A DNA stretch of 64,000 nucleotides, taken from contig JBGTEJ010000055.1 in the NCBI GenBank assembly GCA_041747855.1, positions 77,930 to 141,929 of the forward strand, given 5' to 3'. The translations under genes and the position numbers were made by a program. This document shows, in pieces, positions 1 to 9,165 of the stretch (position 1 is the first letter of the stretch; each line of letters opens with the position of its first letter). A model generated the notes under the pieces. It was given only the letters and a program-made list of their open reading frames with translations. It was not told where the DNA came from and ran no database searches. Source of the stretch: Acidimicrobiia bacterium. GTDB taxonomy: Bacteria > Actinomycetota > Acidimicrobiia > Spongiisociales > ZC4RG35.

Positions 1-2308
1 TCCCGGCACCTATGACACCAAGCACACCGATCGGGGTGAGGATCTTGCCACCAATTTCCACCCAGGTGTCCTTGAACTCGAGCACCACGTCGGACTGAGT
101 GGGTATCACCACCATCAATGAGGGGGTGGCCCTCCACGGGCCTTCCGCCCCTGAAGCCTTCCAGTTGGGGAAGTAGGAGACCTTGACCACATGGGGGACT
201 CCCACAGCATCGGTTGTGAATGAGATTCTGTGATCTTCGACGAGGATATTCGAGACGTTTCCGGCTGAAGCGGGAAGTGCGATCTCGGGTCGGTCATCAA
301 GGTTGGTGATCCGCGGCCACTCATCAGGCCCGTCGGCCACCACGAGACGATGCAAGCCGTGGATGTCGTCGTACCAGGCGAGGGCCATGTCGTGGAAGGA
401 CGGCAGAGGTTCCCCGTCGGACCCGACCACCGTCTCAGAACCGATCAGTGAGCCCAGGAGACCCCTCTCGGGCACCTCGTAAACGGCGGGCTGATGGGTG
501 GCCACCTCAACGAGATCCGTCGGTGGGAGTCGAAAGATGTGGAATGGATGCACTTCGGCCAGCAATTCGAATCCCTCGATCCCTCGGGCCTTCTCGGCCG
601 CCTCCGGCGTGACCGAGACGTAGTACTCCACCCCGTAGGTGCTCATGTGCACGAGTCCCCGCTCCATGTTGAAGGTGTGGTAGCGGAGGCCGGGAATCGG
701 ATTCGACGGCTTGAACGACATTTCGGAGTGGTTGATGAAGTGAAACGGTGTCGTGATCGAGGACTCGAAGAAGAGCCCTTCCATGGATTGGTGCGATCCT
801 TCGGTCCAATATGGGATCAGCATGGGAGCCATCGGGGTTCCGTACTTGCCCCACCCTTCGTTGCTCGCCTCCCACATCACCCGTCCGGGGGGCAGATCGT
901 TGAGGGTGGCCATGAGGCTCTCGTACTCGGGCCACGGCTCCTTCGCCTCGTATCCGTCGAAGTTCCAACGCGACCATCCGTCGACATAGGTGACACTCGA
1001 GGCCGAACCGAGAATCAGGAGAGCTGCTGCGGTGACAGTGAGAAATGACCTGCTTCCCACACTTGGCGGGAACATGAAGCTCAGGGCGAGCAGCGCCGCA
1101 CCGAGGAGGGCAACCGGAATCCAAGCCAGGCCGGGGAGCTTATGGGACACAGCCACCAGACCGATGGCCACAGCCGTGGTCAAGGCGATCATCCCTCGGA
1201 CCCAGTAGGTCGAGAGACGGGCAGGTAGGCGTCTCGACATCCACATCACAGCGGCGCCGAGGGCGACCGCGGCAAAAAAGGCCAGACCGAAATACCAGTA
1301 GGGAAGGAGCCGGCCGTTCCACAACTTCCACCGCTCGCCGTCGAAAATACCGGGAAGCAACTCGGGGAGAATGTTCGGCAATGGGAAGTAGATGACCGGG
1401 AGCAGAGTGGCACCGATCATCGGACCCGCCCGCCGGGTCGTCCTCATCGCCCAGATCGCCCCCGGGATGGCCAGTGGCAGCAGCAACCAGACTTCTACCG
1501 GGAACACCTGACTCCAGGCACTCAAAGGGTTCCAGCCCATGTCGGAGGTGAGTCCGATCCTGACCAGAAGCGGCAAGGCCCAGAAACCTGCGATGGCGAA
1601 GCCCCAAACCCAGATCGCTATCGACCTCCAGAACCCCCGACGCCAGGCCAGAACGAACAACGAGGCGAAGACGGCGACGATGGTGGTGAGGATGTGCGTC
1701 AGAGCGGTCAGGGCCAGGGCGAGGGCCGCCCACTTCGTGTATCTCTTGTCATCGGCGACGGCCTTCATCAGCAAGCCGAGATAGACCAACGACAGCGAGA
1801 ACGACCATGCGAAGGAGAACTCCCCGGCGAGGGTCGATGCCAGGTTCCCACCGTAAATGTTGAAGCTCTCCATGAAGATGAAGACCACGGCTGCCCCGGC
1901 AGACACCGTGGCCACGGTCTTGCTCAATCGCATCGCCCTGGCGTGGAAGTAGACCGCCGGTGCCATCGCCAAAAGGCCAAAGCTGGTGACCAGCTTGAAG
2001 GCGACCCCATAGGGGATGAACAGGTCGAGGAAGACGATCACCAGCGACGGGATCGGGAAGTAGAAGTAGAAGATGGGGAAACCGGCGAACCAATCCTGGG
2101 ACCAGCCCATGACACGTCCATCGGGAAGGAGTACATCTCGCAGGTAGGCCGGCCCGAAGACATGGGCACCCATATCGCCTCCGGTGGGTGTTGTCGCCGA
2201 CAACATGAACCAGGGCTGCATGACGACGAAGACCACCATGGCAGCCGCAAGCAGCACCAGAGCCGGGAGCGTGGGGGTGCGTCTCAAGCGCCCCCAGAGA
2301 GCCGTCAT
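1..2308 (-). CDS. GT-C-fold membrane protein (6-pyruvoyl-tetrahydropterin synthase-related / PTPS_related family); 3' end runs off the window
   Basis: Absent from the ORF track because no stop lies in the window. Manual translation from ATG 2308 (ATGA overlap with upstream gene): MTALWGRLRR...TPTGGDMGAHVFGPAYLRD...GWSQDWFAGFPIFYFYFP...NIYGGNLASTLAGEFSF...; far end reads VKVSYFPNWKASGAEGPWRATPSLMVVIP; many TM segments. Confidence 0.85.
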   Translation of the reverse strand, partial: MTALWGRLRRTPTLPALVLLAAAMVVFVVMQPWFMLSATTPTGGDMGAHVFGPAYLRDVLLPDGRVMGWSQDWFAGFPIFYFYFPIPSLVIVFLDLFIPYGVAFKLVTSFGLLAMAPAVYFHARAMRLSKTVATVSAGAAVVFIFMESFNIYGGNLASTLAGEFSFAWSFSLSLVYLGLLMKAVADDKRYTKWAALALALTALTHILTTIVAVFASLFVLAWRRGFWRSIAIWVWGFAIAGFWALPLLVRIGLTSDMGWNPLSAWSQVFPVEVWLLLPLAIPGAIWAMRTTRRAGPMIGATLLPVIYFPLPNILPELLPGIFDGERWKLWNGRLLPYWYFGLAFFAAVALGAAVMWMSRRLPARLSTYWVRGMIALTTAVAIGLVAVSHKLPGLAWIPVALLGAALLALSFMFPPSVGSRSFLTVTAAALLILGSASSVTYVDGWSRWNFDGYEAKEPWPEYESLMATLNDLPPGRVMWEASNEGWGKYGTPMAPMLIPYWTEGSHQSMEGLFFESSITTPFHFINHSEMSFKPSNPIPGLRYHTFNMERGLVHMSTYGVEYYVSVTPEAAEKARGIEGFELLAEVHPFHIFRLPPTDLVEVATHQPAVYEVPERGLLGSLIGSETVVGSDGEPLPSFHDMALAWYDDIHGLHRLVVADGPDEWPRITNLDDRPEIALPASAGNVSNILVEDHRISFTTDAVGVPHVVKVSYFPNWKASGAEGPWRATPSLMVVIPTQSDVVLEFKDTWVEIGGKILTPIGVLGVIGAG

Positions 2309-2487
2309 GTTCGATTCTGACGGACTATTTCCAAAACCTGGGCTACGTCTATGTCGACGCCCTCCCGGTTCCACCACTTCTCCTCACATGAGTGGCACCA
2401 GAAGAAGCGGACCTCGGTTCCGTCAGGAAGCACGTGATCTATCTCAAGCACGTCGTTTTTGGAGCAGCGTGGGCAGTTCATTCTCAA
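2305..2487 (-). CDS. small zinc-ribbon protein
   Basis: CPRC...CHSC motif in 60 aa; stop overlaps next start (ATGA); start may be ATG 2481. Confidence 0.75.
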   Translation of the reverse strand: MRMNCPRCSKNDVLEIDHVLPDGTEVRFFWCHSCEEKWWNREGVDIDVAQVLEIVRQNRT

Positions 2488-2527
2488 TGAGGGGTAGGGA
2501 GAGGTTCATAGTATGTCAGCGCCCGTG

Positions 2528-2803
2528 TTACGACAACGCCTCGTCGTCTAGCAATCGACCCACGTATCGACTCCTTCGCTGCCCACCTTCGGTCCAGTAG
2601 GCATACCAGTAGGGGCCATGAGGACACTTGGTGCAACCCAACTTCCCGCAGCGAACCATCTGATGTCTCAAACTCACCTTTGGCTCACCGGGATGATACG
2701 GCCCATCCTTCTCCAAATGCGCCGTGGTGAGTATTTGGAGACGGCGCAAATCGTGGGTGTCGAGGTCCTTGACGGCGTCGAGTAGATCGCGATCCAACGC
2801 CAT
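2528..2803 (-). CDS. DUF6788-like small Cys/His protein
   Basis: VRCGKLGCTKCPHGPYWYAYW...RSRYVG motif; TGATG overlap with upstream gene. Confidence 0.8.
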   Translation of the reverse strand: MALDRDLLDAVKDLDTHDLRRLQILTTAHLEKDGPYHPGEPKVSLRHQMVRCGKLGCTKCPHGPYWYAYWTEGGQRRSRYVGRLLDDEALS

Positions 2804-3024
2804 CAGGCGACGTGCACCGGGGCGAAGAGTCTGGTGACCGACCGTCGGTCAGACAGAGTCCATCCCAGAGGCGGTGTCATCCGGTCCGCGTGGTCGGCGC
2901 AAAGGGCATAGCCATAGGTCTGGACGGCGTCGAGGAGGTCGTCCAACCAGACCAGAGAGTCGGAATAGGAGAAGCTCATCATCGAGGCCGCAGGGGCACT
3001 GCATCTGGCACAGCCAACAGTCAT
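2803..3024 (-). CDS. DUF3499 family protein
   Basis: CARCSAPA...SYSDSLVWLDDL...LCADHADRMTPPLGW; start ATG 3024 or in-frame TTG 3060 overlapping the upstream stop. Confidence 0.85.
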   Translation of the reverse strand: MTVGCARCSAPAASMMSFSYSDSLVWLDDLLDAVQTYGYALCADHADRMTPPLGWTLSDRRSVTRLFAPVHVA

Positions 3025-3056
3025 AGACGGCACGCTAGGAGTAGGCGCCCTCCGAT

Positions 3057-3410
3057 TCAAGGATTGCGCGTCTTCAGCACCTGACCAGTGACGCCACGGT
3101 GCCATGTGCCGGTGCCATCGTCTAGGACGATCAGAGTGCTGGGGACCTGGTTGATGCCCAGTTCTTGGAACATCTCGGGCCGGTCCTCCCACGTGATCTC
3201 GGTGAAGGGGAGCTGGCCAAACCTATCACGAGCGACGGAGCAGTCCCCGCAAGTCAGCGATGTGAACAGGTATGTTCCCGGTTCCAGTCCAGTGGCTGGA
3301 ATGGCCCGCCACGACCGACTCGTCAGACGTCGTCGTCTCCACCAGGCCCAGAACGCCACCGAGCCCGCAGCAGCCGAGACCACGGCCAGTCGGAGCAGGG
3401 GGTCATCCAT
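3057..3410 (-). CDS. membrane-anchored thioredoxin-like protein
   Basis: N-terminal TM helix plus RRRR, FTSLTCGDC (CxxC), INQVPST cis-Pro motif; ATG 3410 overlaps upstream stop. Confidence 0.8.
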   Translation of the reverse strand: MDDPLLRLAVVSAAAGSVAFWAWWRRRRLTSRSWRAIPATGLEPGTYLFTSLTCGDCSVARDRFGQLPFTEITWEDRPEMFQELGINQVPSTLIVLDDGTGTWHRGVTGQVLKTRNP

Positions 3411-4728
3411 CCTGAACTGGAAACCCCAACGAGGTGGTACCCGTGCCGCCGACACCGCCAATCCAGGCCACGACCACGGGAACGTCCGAATCCACGACTC
3501 TGGCGTCACCGGACGAGATCGGGACTTCCAGGACACCTTCGGCCGGGACGATGACCGTGACCGTTCCGCCGTCGCCACCAAGCGTGGTCACGACTACTTC
3601 GGCATCGTCGATTCCGGTGTTGAATATGATCAGACGAGCGGATTCTCCCAAGTCCGGCAGCTCCCCTTCTGCGGGTGGGTCTCCTCCGGCAGGGTGGAAC
3701 CAACCCGGCACAAGCCATCTGAGAGCCTGTGTGCCCGTTCCAGTGACGGCCGAGAGTGCGTTCTCGGACGCTTGCCAGACGGTGGCCACCACCGGGGATG
3801 TCGAGAGGATGCGCACCCCTCGAATTGACGCTTCATCCAAATCTGAAAGGTCCAGTGTCGCTTCACCACCCGCCGGTATCGACCCGCTGAGAACCGTAGG
3901 TTCCAGACCTCCGGTGCGGTATGCGTCGACCTGGTACTCAACGTCGGCGCCCTGTGGGTTGCCGATGACTATCCGGCGCCCGTCGGCGACATCGCCTAAG
4001 GGCACGAACCAGTCGGTGAGTGGTTCGACGGCACTCCACATGGCACCTTCCGCCGGGGCAGTCTGACGTCCGATTGCGACGACCCGGCCCTGCTGATGCT
4101 CGATTAGGACCGACAGTCTCTCTCTCCCGGGAGTGAGCTGGGTCATGTTCATGATGACCGACGACCTTGCTCGCACCACGACTGCAGAGAAGGCCGGGTT
4201 GGACTCGATCCCCACCTCGGAGGTGACCACCAACCGCACCAGAGCATCAGTTGCGAACGGGTTTATCAGATGCAATTCGAACCGGTCGGGCGACGTCGTT
4301 CGGGCGCCAGTCAAAGAGATCTCACCTGGCGTATCACTGACACACAGATCGGCTGAGAGACTCTGCGGGCCGCGGATCATGGATGTGGCAGCAGCCTGAC
4401 CCGACGGGAACTCCACGAAGGCCCCGATGGTGCCTACAGCTGCCACATCGACGATGGGGAAGACTGTAGATCCGGGACCGGAGACATCGACTCCGATGCT
4501 GCCGGCTTCCCGGCCGCCAGCAAAGAGGCTCAACTGCACAAAACCATCGCCCAAAGACACGACACTGATCTCGGTCGAACGTCCCCCTCCCTGTTCGACG
4601 AGACAAACTGCGAATTTGGGCGGGCTCGGCTCGGCGCCAGTTCCGGGTGTCACCGCCGAAGGTTGGGGCAGGACCAACCCGGCGACGGCGAGGAACGCCA
4701 CGACGACCACGGTGACGACACGGCTCAC
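3403..4728 (-). CDS. DUF5719 family secreted/membrane-anchored beta-rich protein
   Basis: Signal/TM segment, repeated LxLxNP...A.V motifs, usual position after the actinobacterial GT2-membrane gene; GTG 4728 overlaps upstream TGA. Confidence 0.8.
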   Translation of the reverse strand: MSRVVTVVVVAFLAVAGLVLPQPSAVTPGTGAEPSPPKFAVCLVEQGGGRSTEISVVSLGDGFVQLSLFAGGREAGSIGVDVSGPGSTVFPIVDVAAVGTIGAFVEFPSGQAAATSMIRGPQSLSADLCVSDTPGEISLTGARTTSPDRFELHLINPFATDALVRLVVTSEVGIESNPAFSAVVVRARSSVIMNMTQLTPGRERLSVLIEHQQGRVVAIGRQTAPAEGAMWSAVEPLTDWFVPLGDVADGRRIVIGNPQGADVEYQVDAYRTGGLEPTVLSGSIPAGGEATLDLSDLDEASIRGVRILSTSPVVATVWQASENALSAVTGTGTQALRWLVPGWFHPAGGDPPAEGELPDLGESARLIIFNTGIDDAEVVVTTLGGDGGTVTVIVPAEGVLEVPISSGDARVVDSDVPVVVAWIGGVGGTGTTSLGFPVQDG

Positions 4729-7469
4729 GACGGCCTCCTCCCAATCACGATCAGAGTGAGCCCAGCTAATAGCACCAGGCCGCCCATGATGGACAGGACC
4801 CGCATCAGCCAAGAGCCACGGAAGCCTGCCTCTCCCGCAGCTCCATTGACCGTCACCGACCAATCAGCCGATATGGAATCGGGTGACCACCCGGCCGAAT
4901 GATTGACGGCGAGCCTCACCGGAGTGCTCGAGGATTCGCCCCCGAACCCAGCACCACGGGGTTCCCAGGTGACCAGGTCGGATGCGGCGATGGGCGCTTC
5001 AATCAGATTCTGAAAGACCCGGATTTCGGAGTCGAAGGGTATGGACACGAAGTCGACCTGATTGAGGAGCACTTCGTCGAGCCGGAAACCGGGGCCCTCG
5101 AGCACCAGCCAATTGACCGCAAACGGCGCCAGAAGTACCCCGGGATGCAGCACGTCTCCTTTCGTGATGGCTTCCAGAGTCTCCAGGAGCAAAGTGTCGC
5201 CCGGTGACGGAGGTGGCAACCAAACCTCGCCGTGACTTGTCCCGACACCGTCGAGGAGCCGGTACCAAAAACCCGGGCCTCTTCGCGCCTCACCCGGGAT
5301 GTCGGACCTGAGGGTGGAGGCAATCAGGACACGACCAGAGCCATCGTCTCCGGTGATGACGGAGGCGAAGCCCAGGTCCTCGTTGACATCCCCTGCCGGC
5401 AACCCATACCTGCCATTGGAGAGGGTTCCGACGGACATGATCAGAATGGCCGCAGCGGCCGCGACTGCCAGGATGGGTGCGAATTCGAAGTTCAGTCGAT
5501 CCATGCCTGCCGAGGCCGCCAGGGCGGCACCGAACGATGCCACAACCAGGAAGCCCTCCTCCACGCCAGCCCCACCTACAGGGAGGCGGACAAGGAGACC
5601 CGAGGCCAGCGCCATGACGGATCCCAACAGGCCAATGCGACGCCAAGGATTCTCAAGGGCGATCAACGGAAGGGAGGCTCCTGCCAGCAGGATCGTCCAT
5701 GTCTCCGAAGGCACCAGGACGAGTTTGCGGGTGGTGTCGGTCAACCATCCCGGGTCCCCAATCAAGAACGGGACAGCAACCACTACCGAAGAGAGACAGG
5801 CCAGACCCATCAGGATCCGACGGACTCGCCGACCCTCAGCTGGCAGGACAAGGGCCATGAGAAGGGGGAGCAGAAGAAGTAGGGGCGAGAAGGTGGCGAG
5901 AACGCCCCCGAGGAGGACCGCCCATCCCATGGCTGCCCATGGGAAGTGCTCATGAGGCTGGGTCATGAGCATGACCGCCCTCACAGCCCAGGGAAGGAAG
6001 GCCGCAGCGGCAAGTGCCAGCCAGGATCCGGAGCCGGCAAGCAGTGAAGTCCCCGGACCGGCAATCACCACTAGACCCGATAGATATCGACCAGGTCCCC
6101 TCAATCCGAGCCGACTCCCGAGACGCCCCATCCCAGCGATGGCAATCACGGCGAGGGAGATGGTGAACAGGGTGCGGGCGGCCCCCGTAGATCCGAAAGT
6201 GAGCAACGAAAGCAGTCCTGTGGTCAAAACTGAGGGGTGGACCGGCGCCGGCGAACCCAGTCCGGCACCGTTCCAGCCTGCGAACCAGCGGTCCAGTGAG
6301 ACCCCGAAGTCTTCGAACGGGAAGGCGAAGCCGGTACTTGGCATGGCCCCGAACAAGAGTGATCGGGCGGCCACGAGGGCTATGGCTGAAGCCATCATGG
6401 CACCCCAGATCCCGGGGGAGGTCAGTAGGACTCGACTCCGCTTTACCAGCGTCTCGTCATCGTCAAAGAGCGAAAGAGCACGGGCTGAAAGTTCCGTTCC
6501 GACGTCTCTGAGCCTTACCGAACCCCGGGCTTGGAACCGGAACAACTCTTCGTCTCCCGCAACCCGGACGCGGTTGAGTCGTCGGCGATGTCTGAGAGTC
6601 GAGAGAAGGTTGGCCAGGTTCCACAGCCAGGACACGACATGACGGGCCAGTGGTCGCCAGCGAAGCAACAACAGATTGGCGATCGAATCGGCAATAGAAA
6701 CGAGAATGTCGTAAGGGATGACCCAGGCCAGCGTCAAAGGCTCGTAGGCGGTGAACATTGCCCTGAGCCTGCCTGCCTGCTCCCTCCAGCCACCAACCCC
6801 CTCATTGCAGCGTCCCTGGTGATAAACCTCGGATGACGGGACACTGATGACACTGCCGCCCGCCAGCCGAGTCCGCTGTGAGAAGTCGAGTCCAGCCGCG
6901 ACCGGGGGAAGCTTGACGTCCAGACCCCTCAGACCTTGGGCCAGGTCGCGGCGCACCAACATCGATGCTGACCTGACGAAGGCCACTTCACGGACCACGT
7001 CGTATTGCTGGAGGTCGATCTCATTCTGTTCCAGACCCGAGTAGGGCTCACCGAAAACGTCGGTGGCGCTCCCGACCTCTTCAAGAACATCCCGACTTCC
7101 GGCAACCAACAACTTCGACCCCCCCAGAGCTGCGTCGTTCAACTCCAACTCCCGGACCAGAGCGGACAGGGCGTCAGGTCGTGGCCGGGCGTCGGAGTGC
7201 AGGATCCAGAGATAGTCGACCGTCTCGTCGGTCTCGACTATGGCCTGCTCGAGTGTGGGATAGGCCATCAGATCAACTGGTGGGTCCTCTACCTCGCCTA
7301 CCACCGCCAGGTCGGGGGCCGGGTCGAACACTTGCCGTCGGACGGTGGAGATCGCCGCCGCCAGGTCGGCGCCCTCGACGATTGTCAGCAGGACCCGCAC
7401 CACCACGACATCGGGCTCGGAGTCATCGGGCTCGAGCTCCTCCTCGGATTGGGTCGAGACAGAAGTCAT
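4725..7469 (-). CDS. GT2-like domain fused to large multi-TM (GT-C-like) membrane domain
   Basis: YLWILHSDARPRPDAL, EIDLQQYD, SMLVRRDL, then many TM helices; start placed at MTSVSTQ (7469). Confidence 0.85.
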   Translation of the reverse strand: MTSVSTQSEEELEPDDSEPDVVVVRVLLTIVEGADLAAAISTVRRQVFDPAPDLAVVGEVEDPPVDLMAYPTLEQAIVETDETVDYLWILHSDARPRPDALSALVRELELNDAALGGSKLLVAGSRDVLEEVGSATDVFGEPYSGLEQNEIDLQQYDVVREVAFVRSASMLVRRDLAQGLRGLDVKLPPVAAGLDFSQRTRLAGGSVISVPSSEVYHQGRCNEGVGGWREQAGRLRAMFTAYEPLTLAWVIPYDILVSIADSIANLLLLRWRPLARHVVSWLWNLANLLSTLRHRRRLNRVRVAGDEELFRFQARGSVRLRDVGTELSARALSLFDDDETLVKRSRVLLTSPGIWGAMMASAIALVAARSLLFGAMPSTGFAFPFEDFGVSLDRWFAGWNGAGLGSPAPVHPSVLTTGLLSLLTFGSTGAARTLFTISLAVIAIAGMGRLGSRLGLRGPGRYLSGLVVIAGPGTSLLAGSGSWLALAAAAFLPWAVRAVMLMTQPHEHFPWAAMGWAVLLGGVLATFSPLLLLLPLLMALVLPAEGRRVRRILMGLACLSSVVVAVPFLIGDPGWLTDTTRKLVLVPSETWTILLAGASLPLIALENPWRRIGLLGSVMALASGLLVRLPVGGAGVEEGFLVVASFGAALAASAGMDRLNFEFAPILAVAAAAAILIMSVGTLSNGRYGLPAGDVNEDLGFASVITGDDGSGRVLIASTLRSDIPGEARRGPGFWYRLLDGVGTSHGEVWLPPPSPGDTLLLETLEAITKGDVLHPGVLLAPFAVNWLVLEGPGFRLDEVLLNQVDFVSIPFDSEIRVFQNLIEAPIAASDLVTWEPRGAGFGGESSSTPVRLAVNHSAGWSPDSISADWSVTVNGAAGEAGFRGSWLMRVLSIMGGLVLLAGLTLIVIGRRPS

Positions 7470-7518
7470 GTGGGGTCGATTGTGAACGGGACGGGCTCCC
7501 TGAGCAATATCGTTCCCG

Positions 7519-8430
7519 ATGATGAACATCGTGGAGATAGCGGGCGGGGTGGGTGGAGCCCGAATGGCCAGGGGGTTTTCCGCATTGGTCGGAGCTCACT
7601 TAACAGTCGTGGTGAACGTAGGTGATGACGATCGTATACACGGCCTCCATGTTTCCCCCGACATAGACACCGTCATCTACACCCTCGCCGGAGTGGAAGG
7701 TGCCGAGGGATGGGGGCGCCACCAAGACACCTTCAAAGTCAACGACGAACTCGGAAGGCTCGGTGTCGACAACCGCTTCAGGCTGGGGGACAGCGACCTT
7801 GCCCTGAACATATACCGGACATGGCGTTTAGGTGAGGGCGAGCGACTGTCGGAGGTGACCCGAGAACTCACCGCCGCCTTCGGACTCGACACTGTGATCA
7901 TCCCGGCCACGGACGACCGGCTCCGGACCCTCGTGCGGCTCGACGACGGATGGACATCGTTCCAGGACTACTTCGTTATCAGGGGCAATCGGGACGAGGT
8001 TCTCGATGTGGAGTACGAGGGATCGAGTGAGTCGACTCCGGCGCCGGGCGTGATTGACGCCATCCGGGCCGCCGACATCCTGGTTATCGCCCCGTCGAAT
8101 CCGCCTTTATCGGTATGGCCCGTGCTGGCAGTGCCAGGGATCAGGGAGGCCGTCGCCAGCCACCACAAGGTTGTGGCCGTGAGTCCACTGATCGGAGGCA
8201 GAGCGCTCAAGGGCCCCGCTGACAGGGTGATGAGGTCCTTGGGTCTTGCCGAGGGCAATTCCGGGGTGGCGGATGCCTATCGTGGCCTCATCGACACACT
8301 CATCATCGACCGGTCCGATCTGGGACAGACCCAATCGGTCATCGACGAAGTGTCGGTGGTTGCTCTCGACACACTCATAGGTGACCCCGAGGCGGCCCGA
8401 AGACTCGCCGAAGAAATCGTGAGGCTATGA
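7519..8430 (+). CDS. cofD: 2-phospho-L-lactate transferase (F420 biosynthesis)
   Basis: AGGVGGAR, VNVGDD, GLHVSPDIDTVIYTLAG, FRLGDSDLA, SFQDYFV, APSNP, ALKGPAD. Confidence 0.96.
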   Translation: MMNIVEIAGGVGGARMARGFSALVGAHLTVVVNVGDDDRIHGLHVSPDIDTVIYTLAGVEGAEGWGRHQDTFKVNDELGRLGVDNRFRLGDSDLALNIYRTWRLGEGERLSEVTRELTAAFGLDTVIIPATDDRLRTLVRLDDGWTSFQDYFVIRGNRDEVLDVEYEGSSESTPAPGVIDAIRAADILVIAPSNPPLSVWPVLAVPGIREAVASHHKVVAVSPLIGGRALKGPADRVMRSLGLAEGNSGVADAYRGLIDTLIIDRSDLGQTQSVIDEVSVVALDTLIGDPEAARRLAEEIVRL

Positions 8431-9125
8431 AGCTCGAAATCCACCCACTGGTCGGCATCGGTTCGGTCGCTCAGGGAGATGACATCGCGGCTGTCCTGAT
8501 TCCAGCTCTGACCCCACTCCACCCGGTCGATGACGACATCCTGGTCGTGACCCACAAGATCGTTTCGAAAGCGGAGGGAGCTGTTCGCAAAGTGGAAGGC
8601 GATGAGGAAGCCTTCAAGAAAAGACTCATCGAAGAAGAGGCGGTGTCGATCGTCAGACGTCGAGGAGATCTGGTCATCGCCGAGACCAAACACGGTTTCA
8701 TTTGCGCCAATGCAGGGATCGACAGGTCGAACGCTGAACCGGGGACGATGATATTGCTTCCTGAAGACCCGGACCGCTCGGCTCACCGAATCCGGGCCCG
8801 GGTTGGACACCATTTCGGAGTGAGCCTCTCGGTGATCATCTCAGACACCTTCGGAAGACCCTGGCGACGAGGACTCACCGACATTGCGATTGGAGTGTCA
8901 GGCATGACCCCAATCCTCGATCTGAGAGGAACCACCGACTGGTCGGGTCGGGAACTGGAGGTGTCCGAGATCGCAATCGCCGACGAAATCGCCTCCGCCG
9001 CCGATCTCGTAATGGGCAAGGCTTCGGGGATTCCTGCAGCCTTGGTCCGCGGATATCGGGCGGGCAAGGGAGTCGGTCGGGCCCGGGATCTGATCCGCCC
9101 TGCGGGGGAGGACCTCTTCAGGTAG
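8427..9125 (+). CDS. cofE: coenzyme F420-0:L-glutamate ligase
   Basis: VVTHKIVSKAEG, GFICANAGIDRSN, LLPEDPDRSA, DTFGRPWRRG, ADEIASAADLVMGK, DLFR. Confidence 0.96.
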   Translation: MKLEIHPLVGIGSVAQGDDIAAVLIPALTPLHPVDDDILVVTHKIVSKAEGAVRKVEGDEEAFKKRLIEEEAVSIVRRRGDLVIAETKHGFICANAGIDRSNAEPGTMILLPEDPDRSAHRIRARVGHHFGVSLSVIISDTFGRPWRRGLTDIAIGVSGMTPILDLRGTTDWSGRELEVSEIAIADEIASAADLVMGKASGIPAALVRGYRAGKGVGRARDLIRPAGEDLFR

Positions 9126-9148
9126 CCGGACAGGACCCGCCGGCTATC
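9121..9148. terminator. inverted repeat between convergent cofE and ugd (candidate terminator hairpin)
   Basis: GGTAGCCGG-10 nt-CCGGCTATC stem (7 perfect bp, one G-U, one G-C); no U-tract. Confidence 0.4.
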
Positions 9149-9165
9149 CGACCCGAGGCGAGGTC

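Noticed and set aside
494-2320. Several ORF-track entries of 100-208 aa on both strands
   Set aside because: Shadows of the real minus-strand membrane gene 1-2308, which the track omitted; no recognisable motifs.
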